Assembly: GCA_030141605.1 (NCBI GenBank)
Contig: JAQGDQ010002371.1
Location: 620,001 to 684,000, forward strand
Source of the DNA: Tubiluchus corallicola
Lineage: Eukaryota; Animalia; Priapulida
Reading direction: 5' to 3'
Length of the DNA: 64,000 nt
Of this stretch, positions 1 to 11,104 are shown piece by piece (the stretch's first letter is position 1; the number at the start of each line of letters is the position of its first letter). Below the pieces are notes generated by a model. It was not told the origin of the DNA. It did not search any database and was given only the letters and a program-made list of their open reading frames with translations. The translations under genes were made by a program, and so were the position numbers.

Positions 1-495
1 GTATTCAGGTATCATGAAATTGTCTCTTACTATTTCTCCATTCTTTAAAAATTTGACTAGATTAAGTGATTAAGTATGCACAATCTATTTTTAATACTGT
101 AATGTTTTTTTATAATAATCACCAAAAATGTCATGTGCCTGTAAGTAAACATGTATTACATGTAAAAATCAAGTGACCAATAGGCCTTTCTCAGTTGCAT
201 TAAAATCTTAATAAATCATGTCGAATTTTTAACTGTTATTGAGAAAATCAACTTGAATTAAATTGAATTGAATTGAATAGTAATACAGGAATTACTGGAT
301 GAATGAGCGTTACACATAACTTTTTGCTACAGGAGTGTAAAAAATGAGTAATAGTGCACAACAAAAAGTATCATGCCAATTTATTACATCAGGGTACTGC
401 TGAAACAATAGAGAACCTGGCATGCCTTCAATACTAAAATGTGAAGCCTCTATGCCAACTGCCTATATAACTAGCACAGTCTGCAAACTTGGGGG

Positions 496-520
496 ATATA
501 TATATATATATATATATATA
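496..520. repeat. (TA)n microsatellite
   Basis: Direct reading of the sequence. Confidence 0.95.
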
Positions 521-1998
521 ATCGGAGCAGTAATTCAAGGAGAGACATGCCCAGCTCATTATATTGCAATACTTCTTGAAAACATACGGGTAACCTTCTA
601 CAAGAAACAGTGGTTCAGTATTGTTGCATTAATCATAGTACTATTATTGTATCCAGTAGTAATTTACCACTGCTTGTGTTAAATTAGCACGTCCACACCG
701 ACACGCACCCATTATCATTAATAACAACAAAAGAATGTACTGATGAGCATTTAACAGGTTGTATGGCTTCTTTCTTTTTCCAGCCAACAGGAAACCTCGG
801 TGACTTATTATTGTTATTTAAGCTATAGCGAAGGTTTTGATTCCCTCGAAAGCATCGTTACTTACAACTAGGGTTTTAATTATTTTTCGGGGGAAACACC
901 TGAAAAAAGTCTTACACGTATAAGTAGAGAATTTCACATACTTTGTAACTGCATAACAGAATAAATTGTATTGCCAAGGTTGCTTGCAATAGTGGGTAAA
1001 CTAGTGAACATTAGACAGACTGAACAGGCCTTTATTGTCAGTATTGTGGATCATAGATTAATTTTGCTGTTTATCTGCTATAATTGCATACTGCTAGTGG
1101 TTTATTCACGAAACTGGCAAGTCTGCCTTCAAAACAACAGTAAACTAAACGATATGCATCAATAAATGTTCTAAGAATGGTAATTTGACATCATGAAATG
1201 CTAGGTGCATTCAGGGAGCCATTAAAAAATAACCTGGCAAATAGCAGCAGCCCGCCTGCACAAGCAAATGGAACACTAAGATTTCATTCTTCTCCAGTAT
1301 CTATGTTGAATACTAACAAATGTGGATAAATGTCAAGATCTTCTTTGAAGTGGCTTTCGACAATTGAGATATTGGATGGTAAAATGTTAGATAGTGATTT
1401 ATTGGAAAAAATTGTGATGAAAAGGTTTTATTATTATTATTTATTATTACAGAGTTTCGGTTGAAATTACAAGAAGATGGCAGGCGTCTAGTAGAGCCAC
1501 ACCCAATATTGCGAAATCGGTTTTCTTAAGTAATTCGATGCTGATGCAAAGTAGGCAACAGTTCAGCCTTGGTGTTGATGAACAAATTTGGAGATTGTGA
1601 AGTCCGACTTGAGAGAGCGAAGCATACAGTTGTGTCACTGTGTGGGAGCCATATTTTTCGCATTGCTATACTAATCAATCAATTTTAGCCTATGACATTA
1701 GCCATTTGAGAAGGAAATGCAGTCAGTGTAGCAAAAAGAAAAAAGGATTTTATAGACGTTTCATTATACTTATATGCGAGAGCTGACTACTTTAAAGGGG
1801 GGTCTGAAATAAAATAAATACACTGGCAAGAAAATTAACTGAAACTAAGGTGACGATACGTGTATACTGAGGTTATTTACTTCAATGTGTGAGTGAATAC
1901 TGTGTTAACGTAAAATTTACGTACCGATCATGTGAGATGTTGTGATGTGCTGCTGGTGAACTTATGAATTGATTCCATGACATGTTATGTTAACTTTA

Positions 1999-3028
1999 AT
2001 AAACTTCCTTCAGGTTTAACCCACTAATGCTCGACTACATGACTTTGCGCACTGCTGTACACCCTTCACGTGCCAGTACAAATATAAACTGTAAAGACCA
2101 GAAAAAACCCATCCACCTCAACTCGATGTGCTTAAGAAAATATAAAAATGCTGAAAACTACAGCATTTTTGTCAACTTTGCGTTAAAGAACGTATACACA
2201 GTCTGATAAAAGTCGTTATCATTACACAGCCATTTAAAAATGTGCTTGTTTTGCAATTATAATTGGTCACTATAGTGATCAGTGGTATTCTTTTATAGTA
2301 TTTTCTATTATTGAGTAAAAATTTGAAAGTTAATATTGTTATTTTTCGCTAAATTATTTATTTATTGTGTTTATTTTTCGTTGTACAATTTTGAGTGTAA
2401 TGTTTTTTTTGTAAATATGTAACTAATCATAATTTGTCTCTCTGGTTTCATTCAAGGTGCGCGTTGTAGGACGGAAGTTAACTGATCGGTGCATACTGCG
2501 CGGTCAGATTTCTTTGTTGTTATGGAACATACGGAAGAAACCAAAATGTCGGATGCAATCGTTGTTTTGAGAAGAAATCGGCCAGGAACTAAGGCTGAGG
2601 TAGTTTAACACTTCTAACTAACCGGGATAACATTAACCGATCACTGAAATAAAAACGCTGTAGTTTTCGGCGCCCTTCTAGGGGAAAGGGAGCAGAAGAC
2701 CGTATGGTCGTTCCCTTTCCCCACATTATTTAAATATTTACTTGTCAACTGACTACGATCTGCATATCTTGTTATGTGTGAAATAAAAGTTCTTATGTCT
2801 TCTCTAAACTTTGTAACTCATTGTTATATACTATCTGTGATTGTTATTCTGAAGGTAAAAAAACTAAATTATTAACATTTCCTCAACTTAAGCACATCGA
2901 AAACTGTTAAGGCAGTTTTTGTGGTCTTTATAATTTTTATTTATGTTGGCACATGAAGGGTGTATACTATAGCATTGCACAAAGTTATGTAGATGAGCAT
3001 TAGTGGGCTAAATATAAAGGAAGTTTAT
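1999..3028. repeat. Diverged inverted repeat: arms 1999-2136 and 2887-3028, plus inner arms 2149-2170 and 2651-2672, flanking MOB4 exon 1
   Basis: Left arm ataaacttccttcaggtttaacccactaatgctc...cacccttcacgtgcca...taaagacca...tcgatgtgcttaag aligns with the reverse complement of the right arm, roughly 80% identity by eye. Confidence 0.85.
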
Positions 3029-6000
3029 GCCGTTGTCATGGTACCGAGTTAGGCCACCTTAACTTGGAAGTAATTCAGGTTGGTAAAATAGTTTACTGTT
3101 TAGTTTAGTTTAGTTTATTCTGAATAAGGCTACAGGAATGCAACAACATTGACAGCAGTAACTACATAAAACATTGGCTTAGCACTGATTCACTATGTAA
3201 CTGTCACTTACCTGATTTACCATTTGAATCTTGAATTCTTCCTGTTAGTATTACTATAAAGGAAGAGTATAATTATTAGACGCTCTATATATATTAAACA
3301 GAATATAAAATGCTCCCGAATATCAGATGCATGCAACTAGAGTGCAAAAAATATAAGATGCATCACTGTTCAACAGTTAAGTCGTAAGGAGTGCCTGAAC
3401 TGAATTATGTACGTTAAATAAGTGTGTCAGAGTGGCATTAAAGCCTTTTTTCTTATTGCAAGTTTTTGGTTCAATTTTTTTTACTTTAAAGAGTAAACTT
3501 TATACTTTTTATTGTAAAAAGGCTTACTGTTGCTTACAGTTAACTGTGCTAATGCTGCTGAAGATATTGACCACAAATTGTTTTGCTGGATTCAGTGTGA
3601 AATAATTGTCAATTAAGCTTTTCTAGTTATTCACATATCCTGAATTTCCATTTTGTGAGGATCATTTTGATACCAAGCTCATCACTCTATGTTATTTCTA
3701 TGCTGAGATAATTCACATTGAAGATGAAGTGTAGGCTGCGCACTGAAAAACTTAATCTTGAGAAAATCGCTTTTAAAGTTAGCCATTGTTTTTTATCACG
3801 TTTCTGCAAAACACTTAGCAACCGCACAAATGTTGGTTGCTATGGACTTTGCAAGAACACATTGAAGTTATGTTTTAATCCAGTAGATGGCACTTCCTGA
3901 TTAAGATCTGGGCTTCGCAACAAAAAAAACCCGAAGCAAAATGGCTGCTTCCACAAGCTACTATCAGAGTTTCAAAATACAAGTTTTTTACAATTGCATT
4001 ACTAGTTTCTAGCCAGAAAAGTGGATAGGGGTTTATAACATTAAATTTTTAGTACTTTTTGAACATTATCTTGATAATTTGATGCCAGAATATAAAAGTG
4101 CAATATATTTAACATTTGATTTTATAAAAAACAAAAAATTGATATTTGACCAAATTTTTAGTGCATTCTACTTTGAAGCGTCATAACGTAGTTTTAGTTA
4201 TGCCAACTTATTGACGATTTTGGTTTGCAAGCGCACTTATAATTCCTGCTGCTGACTACTGTTGGACTGTGTATATCACAGACTTAAATGCCTGCCCAGT
4301 GGGTTGGCTGATGGTTCTCGTGTTTGAAAAAATTTCAGAATTTTAGGGTTGAAAATTAAGAAGAAATTTATTGGAAAAATTAACAGTGGTTTTTATTCAT
4401 TATTTTATCATGTCTATAAGGATTCACAATCTGTATCTATTCAGTACTAGAAATTGATTTGCCAGAGCCATTGTTATTTGGCCTACGCAGTTAATAGAAT
4501 AGACCCTGAACAAAAACAGGAAAGTTATTATAGTGTCCCAAATAAAAAAAACTAGTGAAGCCTTGTACGTTCGCCCAGTAATAGCAACCGCACATCCCTA
4601 CTCTTGTACTTGTTCCAAGACAATTTTTTATCCATTATCTGACACAGCAGATGCTTGACATTAGGATGGAAGTTTCTTAAAATTCTGTTTTACTACATTT
4701 CTGCTTATTAGTGCTCACTGGTGAGCTTGGCTTATTGTTGGTGAGTAAAAACTTCTAAGGACTAACAAATTACCTAGATTGGCTGAATGAACATTCATTG
4801 TTTGAAAAGTAAATATTCGCATAGTACCTCTAACTAGTGAATGTCTTATTAAGTGACAAAGCAATTTAGAAAATAAAATGAGGATTTTCTTTCAAATTAC
4901 CTGCTTTCCTTTAACAAAATACCTCCCCCTGCCTTAACACCAGGTCACTACTATATTAATTAGTAATGCAGTGTGGTGCAGTCTCTTATTGAATGATTTG
5001 AGTGTTCTTGGCCAGTTAACAGCTTACTTCTCTCATACTTAATCCAGAATGCTGCTTTGCACATCTAGGCATGTTCATTGTTCAACATTCCATGGTTTAA
5101 TGGCAGACAAAAATATTTTTCTAGATTTATACTTAAGTGTTTATAAGTTCAGGTGCCTAGTATGAGTACATACAGGTAACTTAGTACAGTAGCACTAAAT
5201 ATATACAGGTAAGGTATACATCACATAATTTATCATTGTGGAAATTACAGTATAATGTATACAAAGTGTGATATCTTCCATTAATTAAACTAAACATAGA
5301 TAATTTAGTACAGTACAGTAATTTAATTTAAAGAATGGAACCTGTTTTAGTTTTTTACAAATTCCATTTTGTCAGTTTATGAACTATTTGTATTAAATAT
5401 ATGTCTATAAAACCATTTATTTCATTCTTGACTTCTTTGACTTCCTTGTCTTGAAATATAGAATAAAAATTAATTTAGCAGTACAAATTTTGTGGGATAA
5501 AAAATACTGTGAATTTTTCTGGAAGACTTTGAAAATTATATGTCTTTGGAAAAGTGTCAAAGTTGTTGTGGTTTCAGTTTTCCCAAGGTACGCCATATTG
5601 CCAGACTCTCGTGATGTATGTTGAACTTAAAATCAACTTTAAATAAAGATCATTATTACTCTGAACTAAAGTAAATGGTGTACCTGTGTAAATGAAATTA
5701 TTATTTTTCTGTAGGATTTTTCAAAATGGCCAGAAGAACCATTTGAGGAAATGGATAGCACACTGGCTGTACAGCAGGTATCAGAATAATTAATATTTTT
5801 GTTTGATTGTGATTAAAGTTTTTCTTTTTGCGGTTTGAGTATGAAAGCATGACGAATTGCTGTTTTCTGTGTTAAGCTTCTGGCTTTCACTTAAAGTTAA
5901 GTTTTCTGCTCGATATCGGGATGGTCCTATTTAAATTTTTGAAACAGTTTGTGATCCTCCGTTAGACGAGATTTAGAATTGTAAATTAATCACTAATTAT

Positions 6001-9000
6001 AAACCAAATCAAATTTTTTTTGCTGCATATTTGCATCTAAATCTGGGGGGTTGTTGCTGGAAACTATGCAATCTAAGTGCTCTAATACCAGCAATATAAA
6101 TTAGTATTAGTTACAGCATACAGCTGCATTTTATATTAAAATAAAGTACGAGCAAACAACGTTTGGTTGATGCTGGGTTAGCTTAAGAATTTGAAATTGT
6201 TACTATAGGATTTTCATATTAATATGTGCATATAAATGCTCGTTGAATACATAACAAACATTTTTCCAGTACCCATCAGTTACATGAAATTCTAATACTT
6301 TGTTGCTTTAGTTTGATTTACCTGTTTAATAAAGAAACATCAGCTAAGTGGAATTATATTGAATTTCTGATACTTCAACTATAATATTGTCTAGCTTATT
6401 AATAATCAGTATATTGTCGGTCTATTATATAAGCATTTGAATATCCAGTAACAAAAACAGAACGAAGCAGCTTATTACAGAATTCATCGAGCATTATAAA
6501 CCTGTTTCTACATATGTAGTTTATCCAGCAAACAATACGAAAAGATCCTATGAACATAGCTGAAATTCTTACACCTCCAGAAGGTCAGGACGAAGGGGTG
6601 TGGAAATATGAACATCTTCGTCAATTTTGTTTAGAACTAAATGGACTGGCTGTAAAACTACAGGTACAGTGCTAATCTGAAGTCTATGAACTTAAGCTTA
6701 TATGACACCGTAATTTGAATGTTTATATAGCAGTTCTTTGCTTTCATTCAAAATTTTAAAGTAAGTGAGCATTTCACATGAACTTTGTGTAACTAGCGTG
6801 GATTTTTATTATAAATAATATGCATACGTTTAGTGACCATTATTTTCATTTTGATATTGTTTTATTCATTGAAAAAGGTAGAACATTTGAAAAATGGAAA
6901 GCTTATTCATTTTTACTAACCACTTTCTGACCTAGTGATTTGTATTAAATTTATAAAGCAATAAACCAAAAGATAATGGTACAACAAGAAATCTAATTTG
7001 TTGGTTTATTATTATTATTATTATTATTATTATTTATATATTGCTTAGCAAATGTTTACAATTGATTAAATTTACAAACATTAATATAAAATTCAATAAT
7101 TGATTACACTCCTTCTGTATTGAAGATTGTTACTACTTTTGTTATTAAGTATGGTAGTTTTGCTAACAACTCACTGACGCCTTTTTGTTGTTCTTAGGGT
7201 GAATGCCAGCCTGAAACTTGTACGCAAATGACAGCAACTGAACAATGGATTTTTCTCTGTGCTGCACACAAAACACCTAAAGAAGTGAGTTTATTTTTTT
7301 TTACCTGAAAATACTAGTCAATGGCAAATTATAAAAATAAATGGCTTTTTTTCCAATAATTTAAACTTCTAAACTGTGTATTATTTCAGAGTGACTTGCT
7401 GCTTTTTGAAAGTTTTGTTAAACAGAAAATTTGCTTTCAGTGTCCAGCAATTGATTACACTAGACACACACTAGATGGAGCTGCATGTTTGCTTAACAGC
7501 AACAAGTATTTCCCTAGCAGGTATTAATGCTTCTACTAATTGACAGTATTGACATTTACATAACAATCTGTAATAGTTTTTTTTTTGTGTATTTAATCTT
7601 ATTGTTTTTTTTCACTTTTTACTGCATTCATTAGTTTCATTGTTTGTCTCTATATAATTAACCAGTGAAGTTAAAAATATTTTACTCTTTTACAATATTC
7701 GGCATTATGTAATTATGATGCGTCTTCCTGCACATTTTAATTTGTGTAATACTAGTGATAATTATTTTGAGGGTGTGAATGTTACATGTGTTTTTGCAGG
7801 GTCAGTATAAAAGAATCTTCAGTAGCAAAACTTGGTTCTGTATGTCGACGTGTGTACAGAATATTTTCCCATGCATATTTCCATCACAGAGAACTTTTTG
7901 ATGAATTTGAGGTATGCCTTTTCCTTAGTATTTCTAGAATTTATTTTCCCCATCACCAATAAGTTTCTCATTTTATGGCTAACATACACAATATGTACCA
8001 CATTATTTAAGATTCAGTGTGTTTTCTTTAAGTGTTATCCAGTGTTTGGCTCTTGCCTAAATGACTTTGCTCCTGCTGAAAAGAAGTGCAAACAAATAAG
8101 AATGTTCGATAAGCAAGAACAACTTAACCACTAATAACAACCATTAAGTAGTTAAGCCTGGCACAGACAAATACATGTTTTCTATTTTCTTTGTACTAGC
8201 ATTAGCTGTTTAGAGTACACGTAGAAAACATTTAACTGTTCTGGTGTTCCTCTCTGCATGGAAAACCTAAAAGCACAACAATGTGATGAGCCATTGCATA
8301 GGCCTTGCTTTGCCAATGCCCATTCTCTTTGCTCAAGGTCGAGGATTTGAATCCAGGCCCTTCCAATTTCCATTGTCTTTTATTACATACTGCTATTGTA
8401 CACTCTAATAATTATGTCATTATATTTAAGTGCATTTAAGTAAGAATAAATTCATGAAAATTTGCCCATTCATTGTATGAATTAGCCTTATGTGTGTCAG
8501 GCAGTTTCATCTTGTAAATATTGATAACCAACACAGAGTTGTAAGTTAGCTAGTTATGTTAGGTGAGTAACAGTCTTTACTTTATTTTTACAAGGAAAGT
8601 GTAATTACAGTTTAAGTTACTTGACTGGAAAAGTAACTCTTTGTCAAAAAGATGTTACTCTTACCACATTACAAAAGTTTAAACAATTTAATCAAAGGTT
8701 TACTGTAAATTATAATAGATAAAATGTTTTTCTAGCCCAGTGTTGGCAGTAGGTTTTAAGATAAAAGTTGTTTAATTTGTTGCCTAAAAGTAGTTTTGCA
8801 AATGTTTTCATTTAAATTAAATGACACTTTACAAACACCATGCTTTGTATTTTACTGCTGGTTTGATGTTTACAGAACTCTTTGAATGAGTTTTTTCTGT
8901 TTAGAATGACACCCACTTATGTAAGAGGTTTACCATGTTTGTTACGAAATACAATCTGATGTCCAAGGACAACTTGATCGTTCCTATATTGGAAGATGAC

Positions 9001-9033
9001 ACTGGGAACCAGCCAACAGAGAGTGAAGCTTGA
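2522..9033 (+). CDS. MOB4: MOB-like protein phocein (MOB kinase activator 4), 7 coding exons, 230 aa (222 aa from second ATG at 2546)
   Basis: Exons 2522-2599, 5715-5777, 6520-6663, 7198-7284, 7441-7520, 7800-7911, 8905-9033, all GT-AG and phase-consistent (693 nt). Translation includes [114 protein letters not shown] and [16 protein letters not shown]...ESEA*, matching the known MOB4 sequence. Confidence 0.97.
3880..3893 (+). promoter_or_regulatory. CTCF-consensus site in MOB4 intron 1
   Basis: CCAGTAGATGGCAC fits CCASYAGRKGGCRS exactly; adjacent ETS-like cacttcctg and YY1-like aaaatggctgc. Confidence 0.35.
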
Positions 9034-10219
9034 AGTGGTGAACAAGTTAGGGGCTTATTTAGGAATTCATATAAATTTCATTCTTAGTAAATTCCATTGC
9101 GAATTTTTATAGACTGGCTATTAAATTGATGTATAGTTTTGAACATAAGTTTTTTTTCTGTGTAACCTACTTTTTTTCTAAAAAGAACTTAGCATGTTAA
9201 TTCACTTTTAAAACTGTGTAAATATGTATTTATTATACATGCACTACGTACATTATACGTACATTATTTATTAATAGTTGTATTTTCTGAAGATAATGCT
9301 TTTGGTAATTTTCTGCTTTACTTCCTAGCTTTGATTATGGTGTTAAATACTTCAATGTCTCATTTCATTTTAGGGGACCTGATATTATTTTTAATGATCG
9401 AGACTAGATACTCATGTGTACTGCTATCAAGCATCTGCATATACTAAGAAATATTCAAAATGCAAATCTGTGCTTAAGTAGTTCATTGGCATTTGATGTA
9501 AGAAAAATATGTAATTCGTGACTAAATGTGTGTTTTCTTTATTGTAAGCAGCCTATCTGAATTAAATTCAGAGTTTAGTCTTAGTTGACCTGAGTGATCT
9601 CTGATATGTCTTCTAATCTAAAAAAAATTGGCTTATTTTTGCAATATTTCTGTCAAACCATCAACTGCAAACAAGGTAATTAATTTGTATTGTTTTTATA
9701 ATATCCTGGCTGCTCTGAAGAAAACGTAATTGTAAGATGATAACAAAATTTACAGTATGCTGTTGAAAATATCGGACTTGTATCTTCTCACTGGAGTTTG
9801 CATTGCTTTAACAATGAACGGAAAAGAACAGGACTCATAGCCAAGGTTTTTTAAGATTGTGCAACAATGTACACATTCTGCATGTAATTAACAGAAAAAC
9901 AAGATTCATTTCTTTTGCTTTGTTCTGGCATTAAAGTTCGCGACAACATTATGCATTGTAGTGCTGGGTTGTCCTAATTAACATAATTGTACCTTTGCAC
10001 TTCCGATTAAGTCGTCAATTATCAATTTTTACAGTTAGCGTTATCATAGCCCTTCCTATTGCATTTGACAGTTAATGCTGAATCAATCTTGTGTTGTGGA
10101 TCACAGGAGTGATTTCACTGTTGTATTTTGTATTTGAAAATCAATGTTAATAATTAGTTTTCAGTATAAATTAATATAAAATGTGCCACTGTTACTTTAT
10201 GTATATGATTGTGCTCTTA

Positions 10220-10585
10220 AGTTTAGTTTAGTTTATATATCGAATAGATTAGATTAGATTATGTTATCATAGCTTCACTTATATTATATTGTATCAGAGT
10301 AAATTACCTTTAATTAGGATGGATTCTAGAATAGACTAGACCAGATAATACTAGATTTTGTTAGATTAAACTAGACAAACTAGACTGGACTAAAATTGGT
10401 AGATTAGGCTAGACTAGGTTAGATTCCACTTTACTATGCCAGATGTCTGTGGTTGTGTATGTAGATCATATTGGGTTGAGTTAGATTAGAAAAATGAGGT
10501 CATCTGAAATGAGGTGAGGTGAACTGTGGTAAGATGAAATGAAGTGAGGTGAGTTGTGCTAAAGTAAAACAAAATGAGGTGATGC
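10220..10585. repeat. Degenerate pentanucleotide repeats (TTAGA/CTAGA, then GAGGT/GAAAT)
   Basis: agattagattagatt, actagactggactaaa and gaaatgaggtgaggtga between MOB4 and the CNG beta gene. Confidence 0.8.
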
Positions 10586-10739
10586 ATCATTGCAATGTAT
10601 CATTACCAAAGCTACACGTCTTTGCTTATACTTTTCTGTTGACAAGTAAAGGAATCGGGTTTCCAGGTGGCTTCCTAGAGGCCATGTGAACTATGCATGG
10701 CTTTGGCCAAGCTACATGGTGATGGTTAAACTCACCTGA

Positions 10740-10877
10740 GCATGTAGCTGTCTGATCACATGTGATGGTTACAGCTTGTGAGCTGCTGTTATTGACGCAC
10801 CTGCAATTAGATTATTGCTTCGGGTGAAACGGAGCTGTGAAAAGCATGGCAGGTTTCTTGATAGATATGGCTTGACA
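10740..10877 (+). other. Probable non-coding 5' exon of the CNG beta gene (5' boundary unknown)
   Basis: Perfect donor gtaagt at 10878-10883 and acceptor ttttcag ending at 11023, upstream of the first coding ATG. Contains a short uORF MAGFLIDMA*. Confidence 0.45.
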
Positions 10878-11104
10878 GTAAGTATTTAAGTAGTTTCTTT
10901 AGGTTTGTCTTACTTTTTCATGCCAATTTATAAGTTTATCAAAATTTTAAGTGGCTTGGGAAATTAAATTCTGTGCACCAATTAAATAATTTAAAATATT
11001 GTGTTTTAAAACATACTTTTCAGTTACTTTAATGTGAAATTCATATAACCCCGATGATCCTTCCGTATATTTTAGCTGGAACTGAAAAGAAATTTTTGCA
11101 CTGA

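Noticed and set aside
382-400. tattacatcagggtactg resembles the 3' part of miR-12 (UGAGUAUUACAUCAGGUACUG)
   Set aside because: The seed (GAGUAUU) is absent and the flanks give only a poor hairpin.
2596-2606. tgaggtagtt, a let-7-like 5' end
   Set aside because: It is the MOB4 exon 1/intron junction (GAG|gtagtt); no hairpin.
10840-10875. uORF beginning MAGFL, the same as the LRR protein start
   Set aside because: Similarity is limited to ~20 nt with no extended homology.
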